Part shown: in pieces, positions 28,830 to 39,617 of the stretch
Numbering within the stretch: position 1 is the stretch's first letter
Layout of the letters: each line of letters begins with the position of its first letter
Assembly: GCA_049320885.1 (NCBI GenBank)
Contig: JBMORA010000042.1
Location: 27,134 to 91,133, forward strand
Direction of reading: 5' to 3'
DNA: 64,000 nucleotides
From: Thermodesulfobacteriota bacterium
Lineage (GTDB): Bacteria; Desulfobacterota; Desulfobacteria; Desulfobacterales; SURF-7
Position numbers and translations under genes: made by a program
Notes under the pieces: model-generated
Databases searched by the model: none
Told to the model about the DNA's origin: nothing
What the model saw: the letters and a program-made list of their open reading frames with translations, nothing else

Positions 28830-30407
28830 TCAGACAGTGATGGATTCCCCCAGGCGGGGGACGGTGACGGGAAAACCCGCGCGCCCAAGATGGTCGCCAA
28901 AAGCGACGGCCTGCTCCTCCTCTCCGTGCACCACGGCGATTTTCCGGATGTTCAGATTCGACTCCTTCAGCAACCGCATCAATTCATTGCGGTCACCGTG
29001 AGCACTGAATCCTCCTAGTTGGACGACATGCGCCCGCAGGGGATATTCCTTGTCCAGAAATCTCAGGACCGGCGGCGCGCCGCTGCGTTTGGACTCTTCA
29101 TAAGCCGTGCCCGCTTCCAGCAACCGCCGGCCGAGGGTATTCCGGGCCATGAAACCGACGATCAGGATTGTATGCTTCTCATTATGAATCCGATAGCGTA
29201 GATGATGCAGGATCCGTCCGCCTTCGCACATTCCGGATGAAGCGATGATAATGGAAGGGCGCTCATCCCTCATCAGGGCCATGGATTCGTCGACGCTGCC
29301 GATGTAGGTCAGCTGTCGGAAGGCAAAGGGATTCTTCCCGTTTTCCAGGAAGGTCTTGTGGGTATCGATGTCATAGACTTCCGGGTGTTCGCCGAACACC
29401 TTGGTCAGATTGGCGGCCAAAGGGCTATCGATGTAGATCGGGATTTTTGGAAGCAAGCCTTCCTCATAAAGCTCGTGCAGTACGTAGATCAGTTCCTGGG
29501 CCCGGCCGAAAGCAAACGCCGGGATCAAAACCGTCCCGCCCCTGCCCACGGTTTCCTGAACAACCTGCAGCAATCTTTCCTTCAGGCTCGTGATGGGTTC
29601 ATGCTCCCGGTTTCCATAGGTACTTTCCATGATCAGCAGATCGACATCCCGATCCTCTTCTTCGAACATCAGCGTCGGATCCCGCAGGATGGGTTTACAA
29701 AACCGGCCGAAATCACCTGTAAAGCAGATATTGTAGCGCCGCTCGTTTTCCACGGCCTTGATCAGGATGATGGCCGATCCGATGATGTGCCCGGCGTCAT
29801 AAAATCGACAGGTCATCTTGTCACCGATGGTCACGGCATGGTGATAGGGGTATCCGTCAAAATATTCCAGGGATTTTTCCGCTTCCTCGCTCGTATATAG
29901 AGGGGTGACTTTTTCAAGACGATAGCGATCGAGCAGATCTTGAATCAGCTCGCGGTTCAATTCATTGCCGGCGCGCTTGATTGTTTTTTTCATTTCCTTG
30001 ATTTCCCGGGGGGTTATCCGATCCTCCTGGCTGGACGATTTCAATCGGTTGAGCTGCCATCGAACGGTTTTGTAATTCAGATAATCCGCATCGGCCTCCT
30101 GAATCCTGGCGCTGTCCAGAAGCAAATACCGGCAGGCGTCCGCCGTGGCGTCCGTGCAGACAATGCGTCCGAAAAAATTTTCCTTTGTCAGGAACGGTAT
30201 CCTCCCGGAATGATCCATATGGGCATGCGACAGCACCACATTGGTGACGATTCCCGGGTCGACCGGCAGAACCCGGTTTTTCCCTTCCGCCTCCTTCCGC
30301 TTCCCTTGAAAAAGGCCGCAATCCAGCATAATTCGATTCGAACCGACGGTTAGCAAATGAAGGGAACCGGTGACTTCCCGGGCAGCGCCGCAAAAGGTGA
30401 CATGCAT
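28830..30407 (-). CDS. MBL-fold beta-CASP ribonuclease-like protein
   Basis: GAAREVTGS, SHAHMDHSG, AGHIIG, MESTYG, SSGMCEGGR, FSAHGD and VHGE. Confidence 0.92.
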   Translation of the reverse strand: MHVTFCGAAREVTGSLHLLTVGSNRIMLDCGLFQGKRKEAEGKNRVLPVDPGIVTNVVLSHAHMDHSGRIPFLTKENFFGRIVCTDATADACRYLLLDSARIQEADADYLNYKTVRWQLNRLKSSSQEDRITPREIKEMKKTIKRAGNELNRELIQDLLDRYRLEKVTPLYTSEEAEKSLEYFDGYPYHHAVTIGDKMTCRFYDAGHIIGSAIILIKAVENERRYNICFTGDFGRFCKPILRDPTLMFEEEDRDVDLLIMESTYGNREHEPITSLKERLLQVVQETVGRGGTVLIPAFAFGRAQELIYVLHELYEEGLLPKIPIYIDSPLAANLTKVFGEHPEVYDIDTHKTFLENGKNPFAFRQLTYIGSVDESMALMRDERPSIIIASSGMCEGGRILHHLRYRIHNEKHTILIVGFMARNTLGRRLLEAGTAYEESKRSGAPPVLRFLDKEYPLRAHVVQLGGFSAHGDRNELMRLLKESNLNIRKIAVVHGEEEQAVAFGDHLGRAGFPVTVPRLGESITV

Positions 30408-30539
30408 GATTTCCTCCTGTAATAATTAATAATCTTCTTTATGATACCACACCGGGAAACAAAACGGAAGCAGGCGTTGCTTGTCTTTTCCTCCGGCAAA
30501 GCGTATGATCCGGCGACTATTTTGACTGGAATTGAAACC

Positions 30540-31382
30540 ATGCCCGAACTTCCGGAAGTCCAGACCATCGTCGACGACCTGTCAACAGCCGGCATCGTCA
30601 ACGCCCCCATTCAACAGGTAGAAGTCCGCTGGCCGAAGTCCATCGCCGGGGTCAGCCCGGATGTTTTCTGCGAAAGGCTCACCGACATTCATATCAGAGG
30701 TGTTTCCCGCCGGGGAAAGTATATCCTGTTTTTCCTGTCTTCGGGGGATACCTTGTTGATCCATCTGCGGATGTCCGGCAGGCTTTGCCTGTCCACTGTC
30801 GATGCGCCCTGTTCGAAACACGAACATGTGATCCTGACCCTTGACCATGGCCGTCAGCTTCGTTTTCATGACACCCGTAAATTCGGACGCTGGCTTTTGA
30901 CGGATACGCCCGGCAAGGTTCTGTCCCGCCTGGGGCCGGAACCCCTGGCGCCGGATTTCGATGTCGCGGTGCTCATGAACGCCTTGGGGGGTAGACGCCG
31001 GATCTTGAAACCACTGTTGCTGGATCAGACCGTTATCGCAGGGCTGGGGAATATCTACACGGATGAAGCCCTCTGGGAGGCGGGCCTCCATCCATGCAGG
31101 CCCGCCTCCACGCTGACCAGGAAGGAGATTCGTCATCTTCATCGCGGAATCATCAAGGTGCTGGCCCAAGGCCTTCAAAACAGAGGTACGACCCTGGGTG
31201 AGGGTAAAGCCAATTTCGAATCCGTCTGCAGAAGCCGGGGCCGCAACCAGAACGCCTTGAAGGTGTTCGGCCGTCAAGGCCTGCCCTGCCCCCGTTGCCG
31301 GACGATCATCCAGCGACTGCTGGTTTGCCAAAGGGGAACCCATGTCTGCCGAAAATGCCAACCGCTGCCCACCGAAGGATGA
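30540..31382 (+). CDS. mutM: Formamidopyrimidine-DNA glycosylase
   Basis: MPELPEV start, RRGKY, HLRMSG, GLGNIYTDE and C-terminal zinc finger CPRC...CRKCQ. Confidence 0.96.
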   Translation: MPELPEVQTIVDDLSTAGIVNAPIQQVEVRWPKSIAGVSPDVFCERLTDIHIRGVSRRGKYILFFLSSGDTLLIHLRMSGRLCLSTVDAPCSKHEHVILTLDHGRQLRFHDTRKFGRWLLTDTPGKVLSRLGPEPLAPDFDVAVLMNALGGRRRILKPLLLDQTVIAGLGNIYTDEALWEAGLHPCRPASTLTRKEIRHLHRGIIKVLAQGLQNRGTTLGEGKANFESVCRSRGRNQNALKVFGRQGLPCPRCRTIIQRLLVCQRGTHVCRKCQPLPTEG

Positions 31383-31543
31383 TTTTTTCTCCAAAAATGC
31401 CGGCAACCATCCGAAAACCGTTTGACAACGTCACGTTAATTTACGATAACAGGAAAATGATTTCCCATAATCCATTTTGATTCTTCAAGAAACAGCCAGC
31501 ATCCAGTTCTTCATGCAACCCGCGCGAGACGCGCGAAAGCGGG

Positions 31544-33526
31544 GTGAACGAAACGATGAACCCGGGCCTGGGAACAGAATCCATATCCATAGAACCATTC
31601 CTTGACAAGGATTTTATCCTCGCGATCCTTCACAACCCCCATGAAGGAATTGCCGTCATAAGGCCGGACGGCGGAGTGAAATACCTGAATCCCGGCATGG
31701 AAAAGCTCTGCGGGTATTCCGCCGCTGAAGTCCCGCGGGTGGAACAATTGGCGACTCTCGTTTTTCCGGACCCTGTTGACAGAGAAGCCGTCCTTGACGA
31801 TCTGCTCCGAAGCATTGAGACGGCCCTGCCGGTGGAACGGGAATGCCGCTTCACCCACCGGGACCGGTCCGTCAGGTGGTCCCGCCTGCGGCTGGCCGTG
31901 ACACCGAACGGCGATTTTATCCTTTCGGCCCATGACATCACCCAGCGGGTACAGGCGGAAACCACACTTCATGAAAGCGAGGAAAAATATCAGCGACTTT
32001 CCGCGATGGCGCCGGTGGGTATTTATGAAATCGATTTCATCCGAAAAAAATTCATCAGTGTCAACGATGTCATGTGCACCCATTCCGGATATACGCGGGA
32101 GGAATTCCTTTCCTTGAACCCGGCCGAACTTTTGAGTGAAGACAGCCGGCGACTCTTCTGCGAACGCTTGAAAAAACTGCTGGCGGGACAAAAAGTCTCT
32201 GAAAATGTCGAATTCGAATTCATTAAAAAAGACGGCTCCCTGCTCACCGTGCTGCTGAACAACAACTTCATTTACAAGCAGGGCGTCCTCACCGGCTCCC
32301 GGGTAATCCTCCACGATATAACCGAAAAGAAGAGGGTTCTGAAGGAAAGGCGTGAGCTCCAGAAAAGATTGGCGCTTTCCAAGAAGATGGAAACGCTTGG
32401 GCTGCTGGCGGGAGGCGTCGCCCACGATTTGAACAATATTTTGTCCGGAATCATCAGTTACCCCGAACTCCTGCTGATGGATCTGCCGGAGGACAGTCCG
32501 CTCCGCAAACCGCTGGAAACCATCCAGGCCAGTGGCTGGCGGGCAGCGGCGGTGGTGGAGGATCTGCTTACCATCGCTCGGGGTGCCGCCAGCAGAAAAT
32601 CGGCGCTGTGCCTGAACCAGATCATCCGGAGTTATTTGGGTTCGCCTGAATACAAAAAACTCAGCGAGAACCACCCGGATGTCGCGGTGAGCGCGGAATT
32701 ATCCGAGGACTTGATGCCCATTGCCGGTTCACCGATTCACATTAAAAAAGTGTTGATGAATATCGTTTCAAACGGCATGGAGGCGATCCCGGATGTCGGC
32801 CGAATCGTCATTTCCACGCGAAATCACTGTCTGGAAAATCGTGTGAAAGGCTACCAGGAAATCCCCCCGGGTTCATATGCGGTGGTATCCATCACCGACA
32901 GTGGCTCCGGTATCGCCGCCGAGGACATGGAAAAAATTTTCGAACCTTTCTACACCAAGAAAGTGATGGGGAAAAGCGGCACCGGATTGGGGCTGGCAGT
33001 GGTCTGGAATACCATGCAGGACCATGAGGGCTATATCGACGTCGGCAGCATGGCAACCGGCACCCGTTTCGATCTGTATTTCCCTACGACCCAAACCGAC
33101 GCTCCGGAAACCGCCGGGAAAACACCCATCGAAAAATTGATGGGGCACGGGGAACAACTCCTGATCGTCGATGATGAAGCGACACAGCTGGAAATCACCT
33201 CCAGAATTCTCAGCCGTCTCGGTTACCGGGTGGCGACAGCCGAAAGCGGCGAATCGGCCATTCACTATATGGAAAGACAAACCGTGGATTTGGTGCTTCT
33301 GGACATGATCATGCAACCGGAAATGGGCGGCCTGGAAATATATCAGCGCATCATCCGCCAGTTTCCCGGCCAGAAGACCATCATCGTCAGCGGATTCACC
33401 GAAACGGAAGAAGTGGCCCGGGCAAAACAATTGGGCGCCAGGGCGTTTCTTAAAAAACCATATGATATCGAAACAATCGGGACGGCCGTACAAACGGTCC
33501 TGCAATCCGGCAACCAACCGGACTAG
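31544..33526 (+). CDS. PAS-PAS hybrid sensor histidine kinase/receiver
   Basis: Two PAS domains, GGVAHDLNNIL H-box, FEPFYTKK...GTGLGL, C-terminal receiver; alternative ATG at 31556. Confidence 0.92.
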   Translation: MNETMNPGLGTESISIEPFLDKDFILAILHNPHEGIAVIRPDGGVKYLNPGMEKLCGYSAAEVPRVEQLATLVFPDPVDREAVLDDLLRSIETALPVERECRFTHRDRSVRWSRLRLAVTPNGDFILSAHDITQRVQAETTLHESEEKYQRLSAMAPVGIYEIDFIRKKFISVNDVMCTHSGYTREEFLSLNPAELLSEDSRRLFCERLKKLLAGQKVSENVEFEFIKKDGSLLTVLLNNNFIYKQGVLTGSRVILHDITEKKRVLKERRELQKRLALSKKMETLGLLAGGVAHDLNNILSGIISYPELLLMDLPEDSPLRKPLETIQASGWRAAAVVEDLLTIARGAASRKSALCLNQIIRSYLGSPEYKKLSENHPDVAVSAELSEDLMPIAGSPIHIKKVLMNIVSNGMEAIPDVGRIVISTRNHCLENRVKGYQEIPPGSYAVVSITDSGSGIAAEDMEKIFEPFYTKKVMGKSGTGLGLAVVWNTMQDHEGYIDVGSMATGTRFDLYFPTTQTDAPETAGKTPIEKLMGHGEQLLIVDDEATQLEITSRILSRLGYRVATAESGESAIHYMERQTVDLVLLDMIMQPEMGGLEIYQRIIRQFPGQKTIIVSGFTETEEVARAKQLGARAFLKKPYDIETIGTAVQTVLQSGNQPD

Positions 33527-33574
33527 ACGCGAAAACGCATTTTCTTACCAACCAAATCGCCGGGGCTGATGAGG

Positions 33575-34585
33575 TCATTCGGAAAAATTCCACGCTAAGT
33601 ACTTTTGCTTCAACCGGAGAATTCGACGGACGGCGGCCGCGCTCTTTTCCGCTGCCGCAGCGGATTGTTCCGCCTGCCGGATCATCTCCCCGTGAGCCGC
33701 CGCGATATCCGGGCCCCGATGGCAAATCAGCGCGATATCGACATCCGCCTGGAAAATGCGGCCAATGGAGGTCTCGATGCCATAATGCTTTCGGATGGCA
33801 CCCATATCGAGGTCATCAGTTATAATAACGCCGCCATACCCCATTCTGTTTCGTAACAACTCACTAGCGACAGCCGCGGAAAGACTCGCCGGCCATTCCG
33901 CATCGATGGCCGGATAACGGATATGGGAGAGCATGATCCCAGCCACGTCCCTCTGGATCGCTTCCCGAAATGGTATTAAATCCGTCGTTTCCAGGACTCC
34001 CAGGGAAGCGTCCACAAAAGGGGTTTCGATATGGGAATCCAGTGTCGTCCTGCCGATGCCGGGGAAATGTTTCGCCACCGCCATGATGCCACCCCGCTGC
34101 AGTTCCTCGATGACGACGCCACCCAGGGACGCCACCCAATGCGGATCCTTCCCGAAAATCCGCCCGTCCATAACGCCCTGAAACCCATCGGGCGAGACAT
34201 CCAATACCGGCGCCATGTTCATGTTCACACCGATACCGGACAATTCCCCGGCGGTGATTCGACCGAAATACTCGGCGTCCGTCACTCCCTGCATGGCGGG
34301 ATTGCCGGCGAATTGGGTAAACGGCTCTTTCAGACGCGCCACCTGCCCTCCCTCCTGGTCAATGGCGATCAAAAGAGGCGGCTGACCGGCGGACCTGGCG
34401 CAATCCTGAACGGCAGAGCATAAATTCCGTATCTGGGAAGGAGATTCCAGATTGCGGGAAAACAATATCAAGCCGCCGAGGCCCCATTCCCTTATCATGA
34501 TATCGAGTTCCCGGTTGAACGCCGTGCCGTCAAAACCGATCATCAACCGCTGACCGGCGATTTGTTCCTTTGAAAACGGATTCAT
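33575..34585 (-). CDS. nagZ: Beta-N-acetylhexosaminidase (GH3)
   Basis: IDQEGGQVAR, APVLD, KHFPGIG..TLDSH and ITDDLDMGA. Confidence 0.92.
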   Translation of the reverse strand: MNPFSKEQIAGQRLMIGFDGTAFNRELDIMIREWGLGGLILFSRNLESPSQIRNLCSAVQDCARSAGQPPLLIAIDQEGGQVARLKEPFTQFAGNPAMQGVTDAEYFGRITAGELSGIGVNMNMAPVLDVSPDGFQGVMDGRIFGKDPHWVASLGGVVIEELQRGGIMAVAKHFPGIGRTTLDSHIETPFVDASLGVLETTDLIPFREAIQRDVAGIMLSHIRYPAIDAEWPASLSAAVASELLRNRMGYGGVIITDDLDMGAIRKHYGIETSIGRIFQADVDIALICHRGPDIAAAHGEMIRQAEQSAAAAEKSAAAVRRILRLKQKYLAWNFSE

Positions 34586-35631
34586 TTCGTCTTGGCTTTC
34601 TTGTTGTCATGCGTGGCCTTCCGATCGTTCCCCTCGATTTGATACTTGTAGACCGCACGCTGGTGATCGCTGTAGGTGGTGGAAAATTCGTGGGTTCTGT
34701 CACGCTTTGAAACAAAGTAAAAAAACGGTGTATCGGCCGGGAAAAGCGCCGCTTTCAGGGCTTCCTTTCCAGGATTGGTGATGGGTCCCTCGGGAAGACC
34801 GTCGATGGTGTAGGTATTATAGGCGGTAACCGTTTTCAGATGCTCCTTGGTCAGATTGCCGTCGAATTCCGGAACACCATAAATCACCGTCGGATCGCTT
34901 TCCAGGCGCATGTTTCTCCGCAACCGGTTGTGAAAAACCGAGGAAACAATCGGCCGCTCGCTTTCAGTGCCGGTCTCTTTTTCAATGATGGACGCCAACG
35001 TCACGATTTGATGCAGGGAAAGATTCAGGGTCCGGGCGCGTTCCTGCCATTCCGGAATGAAAACATCCCAAAAGCGATGGACCATGGTTTCCACGATCTT
35101 CCGCGGATTCAAGCCCCTGGGGAAGAAATAGGTGTCCGGGAAAAGGTACCCCTCGCATCCGGAGGCCTGTATCCGGAGAGATGCGGCCGTAGCCGCGTCG
35201 GTCGCGATCCGGATGAACTCTTCCCCGTCACCGATTCCCGCTTCGGCGATCAGCCTGGCCACTTGCCGTATATCCGATCCCTCCGGCACGGTCAGACGGT
35301 GCAGATACACTTTTCCATGGACCAGCCTGTCGATGATCTGAATCGGCGACATGGTGGCGGCGAAATCATATTCCCCGGACTGGATTTTTTTATCCAACCC
35401 CTTGACCCGCACCATGATCATAAACCATGAGGGATGCCGAATCACCTTGGCTTCGGCAAGCAGGCGGGTTGTTGCGGCAAGCGTCTGCCCGGGCGGAATC
35501 AATAGCATCCGCCGCGTTTCATCTTTCCCGGCCGGCTGTTTTCCATACTGCGAGATCCTGACCACCGTCAGGGCTCCCGCAGCCACAAGTACAGCTGCCA
35601 CAACCATCACACCGGTCGCAATCCTGTTCAC
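34582..35631 (-). CDS. mltG: Endolytic transglycosylase MltG
   Basis: N-terminal TM anchor, EGYLFPDTY, LASIIEKE, LESDPT and YNTY...GLPEGPI. Confidence 0.95.
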   Translation of the reverse strand: MNRIATGVMVVAAVLVAAGALTVVRISQYGKQPAGKDETRRMLLIPPGQTLAATTRLLAEAKVIRHPSWFMIMVRVKGLDKKIQSGEYDFAATMSPIQIIDRLVHGKVYLHRLTVPEGSDIRQVARLIAEAGIGDGEEFIRIATDAATAASLRIQASGCEGYLFPDTYFFPRGLNPRKIVETMVHRFWDVFIPEWQERARTLNLSLHQIVTLASIIEKETGTESERPIVSSVFHNRLRRNMRLESDPTVIYGVPEFDGNLTKEHLKTVTAYNTYTIDGLPEGPITNPGKEALKAALFPADTPFFYFVSKRDRTHEFSTTYSDHQRAVYKYQIEGNDRKATHDNKKAKTK

Positions 35632-35921
35632 CCGAATAGTCTCTCTCCTTTTGGTCGATCATCGCCGAATAAATGCGGTGCCTTACATTCAAGACCATAA
35701 ACCATATCGCCGATAGCGGCAAGCTCAAAAATCATCGCCGCCTACCCGGCCTTCTGATGGCTATCCAGCATGCGTTGCCCCATTGCTTCGATTTTTGTTT
35801 GACACCTTCTTTCCCTTTCCTTATGATCGATTGGTTTACCAGCACACATCCACCCGGTGGATCTGAAGTCGAACGGCATGCCGGCAATTACCGGCCCTCT
35901 ATTCATTAAATTGCAGACAAG

Positions 35922-38057
35922 ATGAGCAAGCCGCCTATGGAGAATGAAGCTTTATCCCTGCGAATTCCAAACAGTCCGGAAGGAACCGCTGATCAGGTGT
36001 ACAGCCTTCCGGACGTTCAGAAACCGGGCACCTGGAAAGTTCTGATTGTCGACGATGAGGAAGAGGTTCATCGGCTTACCCGTATGGCCCTGGACGATTT
36101 TTCATTCGAGGGAAGAAACCTGACGATACTCAGTGCCTTGTCGGCACAGGATGCGGAGACGATCCTGCGGAACAATCCGGATATTTCACTGATTCTGCTG
36201 GACGTCATCATGGAAACGGATGACGCCGGCTTGAAACTGGTGCGCGATATCCGCGAAAAAATGAAAAACAATATTGTCCAGATCGTATTGCGCACCGGGC
36301 AACCGGGGTTGACGCCCCAAAAGGAAGCCGTTTCGGAATACGAAATCAACGGCTATACCTCCAAAATCGAACTGACCGCGGAAAAAATGTTTTCCACGGT
36401 CACCGCATCTCTGCGGGCCTATTGGCTTTCCTATTCCCTCCAACGGCTGAATCTGAAGCTAAGGGAGGAACTGCTGGAAAGGAAGCGGGCGGAGGAGGCG
36501 GTCCGCCGGCTCACCCAATTCCAGGAGGCGGTGATCGATAACGCCAGCATCTGGCTGGACGTTAAAGATACAATGGATCGCGTTATCATCTGGAACAAGG
36601 CGGCGGAGCAGATCAGCGGTTATTCACGTCAGGAGGTCCTCGGTCAAGACCAGGTTTTTCAGTGGCTGTACCCGGAACCGGAAAAGCGCGAGTCCGTCCG
36701 CAGCCATATCGAAACCTTGCTGCAAAGTGAAAATCCGACAGACGACTATGAAACCACGATTCAACGAAAAGATGGACAGCCCAGAACCGTTTCCTGGGCC
36801 TTCCGGGAAATTAAACATACCAGCGACAGAAGTGTTGTGCGGATATCGTTGGGACGTGATGTCACCGAGCACCGCCAGTTGGAGAGCCAACTGCGTCAAT
36901 CCCAGAAAATGGAGGCCGTGGGACGCATGGCGGGAGGCCTGGCTCATGATTTCAACAATCTCTTGACCGTTATCCGGGGATATTGCGACATCGCGATTTC
37001 ACGTCTGAATCCCAAGGATCAGGTCTACGGCAAAATCAAGCAGATTGAAAAAGCGGCCAGCCGGGCAGAAGCCCTCACCCGGCAATTGCTTGCCTTCAGC
37101 CGTCATCAGGTAATGACGCTTCGGCCGGTCAACCTGAATACCCTGATCCGCGATATGATCAAAATGCTGGCACGGCTCCTGGGATCAGACATCGACCTGC
37201 GAATCAGCCTGGACGAACACCTTGGCAATATCAAGGCCGATTATGGTCAAATTGAACAGGTAATCATGAACCTGGTCGTCAATGCGCGGGATGCCATGCC
37301 AGACGGCGGCACATTGATCCTGGAAACCAGAAATTTGAATACCCCTCCCCAGCCGGTTCCGCAAAACGAATCATGGACCGGAGATACCATTCTGCTCTCC
37401 ATCGGCGACACGGGGTGCGGCATGGATGTCGATACCCTGGAGCACATTTTTGAACCTTTTTTTACCACGAAAGAAAAGGGGAAAGGAACCGGCCTTGGCC
37501 TTTCCACCGTCTACGGAATCGTCAACCAAAGCAAGGGTCGGATCGAGGTTAACAGCGAAAAGGATAAAGGAACCAGGTTCGATATCTATTTCCCTGGAAT
37601 CAGTGGAAAAATACCTCATCGGGAAAGCCGTGAGGAAATCCCGGATCAGCTTCACGGAACGGAAACGATTCTGATCGTCGAAGACCAGCCCGACGTTCTC
37701 AAGCTTACCAGCGAAACCCTACACATGTACGGCTACAAGGTACTGGAGGCGCCCAATGCAGGAATCGCGCTGCTGATCTGCGAGGAATACAGGGAAAAAA
37801 TCGATTTGCTGTTGGCGGATGTCGTCATGCCCCAAATGAACGGGGTACAGCTCGTCAAACGACTTTGGAAAATGCTACCCTCCCTGAAAGTCCTGTTTAT
37901 GTCCGGCTATACATACAATATCATTGAACAGCAAGGGTTGCTGGAACCGGGGCAGAATTTCATCCAGAAACCCTTTACAGCTCAGGACCTGCTGCAATTC
38001 GTCCGCAGGGCGTTGGATATCCCGCTCAATAAGGGGCGGCGAAAAGTGGATGGATGA
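35922..38057 (+). CDS. Receiver-PAS-histidine kinase-receiver hybrid
   Basis: N-terminal receiver (VDDE, LDVIMETDDAG, RTGQPG), PAS, GGLAHDFNNLL, GTGLGL and C-terminal receiver. Confidence 0.92.
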   Translation: MSKPPMENEALSLRIPNSPEGTADQVYSLPDVQKPGTWKVLIVDDEEEVHRLTRMALDDFSFEGRNLTILSALSAQDAETILRNNPDISLILLDVIMETDDAGLKLVRDIREKMKNNIVQIVLRTGQPGLTPQKEAVSEYEINGYTSKIELTAEKMFSTVTASLRAYWLSYSLQRLNLKLREELLERKRAEEAVRRLTQFQEAVIDNASIWLDVKDTMDRVIIWNKAAEQISGYSRQEVLGQDQVFQWLYPEPEKRESVRSHIETLLQSENPTDDYETTIQRKDGQPRTVSWAFREIKHTSDRSVVRISLGRDVTEHRQLESQLRQSQKMEAVGRMAGGLAHDFNNLLTVIRGYCDIAISRLNPKDQVYGKIKQIEKAASRAEALTRQLLAFSRHQVMTLRPVNLNTLIRDMIKMLARLLGSDIDLRISLDEHLGNIKADYGQIEQVIMNLVVNARDAMPDGGTLILETRNLNTPPQPVPQNESWTGDTILLSIGDTGCGMDVDTLEHIFEPFFTTKEKGKGTGLGLSTVYGIVNQSKGRIEVNSEKDKGTRFDIYFPGISGKIPHRESREEIPDQLHGTETILIVEDQPDVLKLTSETLHMYGYKVLEAPNAGIALLICEEYREKIDLLLADVVMPQMNGVQLVKRLWKMLPSLKVLFMSGYTYNIIEQQGLLEPGQNFIQKPFTAQDLLQFVRRALDIPLNKGRRKVDG

Positions 38058-38086
38058 CCCCGGACTGAAAAAACCGCCGGGGTCAT
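38054..38086. terminator. Hairpin between convergent genes (possible terminator)
   Basis: ATGACCCCGG...CCGGGGTCAT inverted repeat; no clear T run. Confidence 0.4.
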
Positions 38087-38114
38087 GACGAGTCACTTTC
38101 TTCAGTTTTTCCTG

Positions 38115-38717
38115 TCAGAAGCTGAAGCGTACCCCGATAAAAACCGCATCATCCGCGTCTTTGGCCTCGTACCGGTTGGTCTCAAAGCGCATTTCCGTGT
38201 AGCGATAACCCAACAACACCGCGGCATTCTTCATGAAGTGTCCGTAAACCGTCACATTCCCGTCGAGATATCGATCCGTGTCGGCAAAACTCAAAACCGA
38301 CGGCGCAATCGTGAAACCCGTGGAAACACTCACCGGCCATTGGGTATAATCCTTGCGAAAATCGTATTCACCCAAGGCCATGAAGCCCAAGGCATAAGCC
38401 GAGAAATCCGCATAATCAAAATCCGAGCGCCCCATGACGCCCTTCAGTCCGAGTCCAAGAGTCAGGGCCGGCGAAAGGACGCTTTCCCTCAGGGAAAAAT
38501 TGATGTTCCCCACCCAATAGTCATTTTTGCTGTACAGCAGCCCGGCTCCGGCAAACAGATCCGCCTGGTATTGATAAACCTGACCTTCAATCTTTCCCTC
38601 CAGATCCGAAGAGTTGACATTCAGCTCACATTTCAACATCTCGGCCGCCCCAAGCGATGGTACCAACAGGAGCAGCAAACAGGCGACCGCTATCGTTCGT
38701 TTCCCATTTCCTTTCAT
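38115..38717 (-). CDS. Outer-membrane beta-barrel protein (YfaZ-like)
   Basis: Signal peptide, amphipathic strands, APSVLSFAD, LGYRY, terminal FSF. Confidence 0.75.
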   Translation of the reverse strand: MKGNGKRTIAVACLLLLLVPSLGAAEMLKCELNVNSSDLEGKIEGQVYQYQADLFAGAGLLYSKNDYWVGNINFSLRESVLSPALTLGLGLKGVMGRSDFDYADFSAYALGFMALGEYDFRKDYTQWPVSVSTGFTIAPSVLSFADTDRYLDGNVTVYGHFMKNAAVLLGYRYTEMRFETNRYEAKDADDAVFIGVRFSF

Positions 38718-38934
38718 TGTTCACCTCATCTTGAATAATCGTCGGTCATCAATGGATCGTGGCATCATTGAACTATGATCCGCTCCGCGGAACAAATCCG
38801 GTAATCGGTGGGTAACCTATCAATGATAAGCGGGAATGTAAAGAGTGCTTTAACAGGCTTGGGAAAAAAGGCGGCGGACGGAAAAGGCCCGATCATCCGA
38901 ATGGAAGGGGAAACAGATTAATAGACCGATATGT

Positions 38935-38963
38935 AAAAAAAAAGCAGGAAGTTACCGCCTGCT
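38935..38963 (-). terminator. Possible intrinsic terminator downstream of the pilin gene
   Basis: On the minus strand AGCAGG...CCTGCT stem followed by a long T run. Confidence 0.55.
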
Positions 38964-39036
38964 ACGGCGTTGGCATTCGTATGGCATTTATTCCATTATC
39001 CGGGCAGGAATTGGGCTCGGTTTTCCTGCGGCCCGA

Positions 39037-39525
39037 TCAAAACATGATGTATTCATAGACCCTGGTATCTTCGTCGATAAACAATTGCACCCCCCGCCGG
39101 TTGTTGCCCGTCGGATCGAAAGGGCTTTCGCTGCCGTTTGCATGATACAGATAGGCCACGAATGAACTCGGATTGGTTCCGCGATAGCTCATATTGTTGA
39201 AACCCGGCATGAACACAATCCGAACTCCGGGGGACAGCGAATGTATCGGCGATCGCGGCGTGCCGTCCTCCTCCGCTACGCCGATCTGGATTGTGGAACC
39301 GGTCGAACGGGTCGCCTGGTAGTCGACGCTCCGCTTGTCCAAAATATTGTTGGTGATGATTTTCATCAAATGATCGGCATTGGAATAAACGACCGAGTCC
39401 CGGCTTGTTTTCATCAAATCATTGAAGTACACCATCGCTATTCCGGAAAGAACCGTCAGGATCGCCATCACCACGGACAGTTCCACCAGACTGAAGCCCT
39501 GCTGGTTTTTCCATGTGGACATCAT
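39037..39525 (-). CDS. Prepilin-type N-terminal cleavage/methylation protein (type IV pilin-like)
   Basis: QQG/FSLVELSVVMAILTVL class III signal peptide with Glu at +5. Confidence 0.9.
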   Translation of the reverse strand: MMSTWKNQQGFSLVELSVVMAILTVLSGIAMVYFNDLMKTSRDSVVYSNADHLMKIITNNILDKRSVDYQATRSTGSTIQIGVAEEDGTPRSPIHSLSPGVRIVFMPGFNNMSYRGTNPSSFVAYLYHANGSESPFDPTGNNRRGVQLFIDEDTRVYEYIMF

Positions 39526-39617
39526 CGCTCATGCTCCCTGTTCATCCAAACAATAGAACCTTGAAATATTAATAATTCCGAGCCATCCGGTCGATCACCC
39601 GTTTCTCCGGGCGGCCG

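Noticed and set aside
31515..31545. GC-rich hairpin-like sequence before the hybrid kinase, considered as a c-di-GMP riboswitch
   Set aside because: Lacks the GGCAAA...GAAA...GACGCAAAG two-hairpin architecture.
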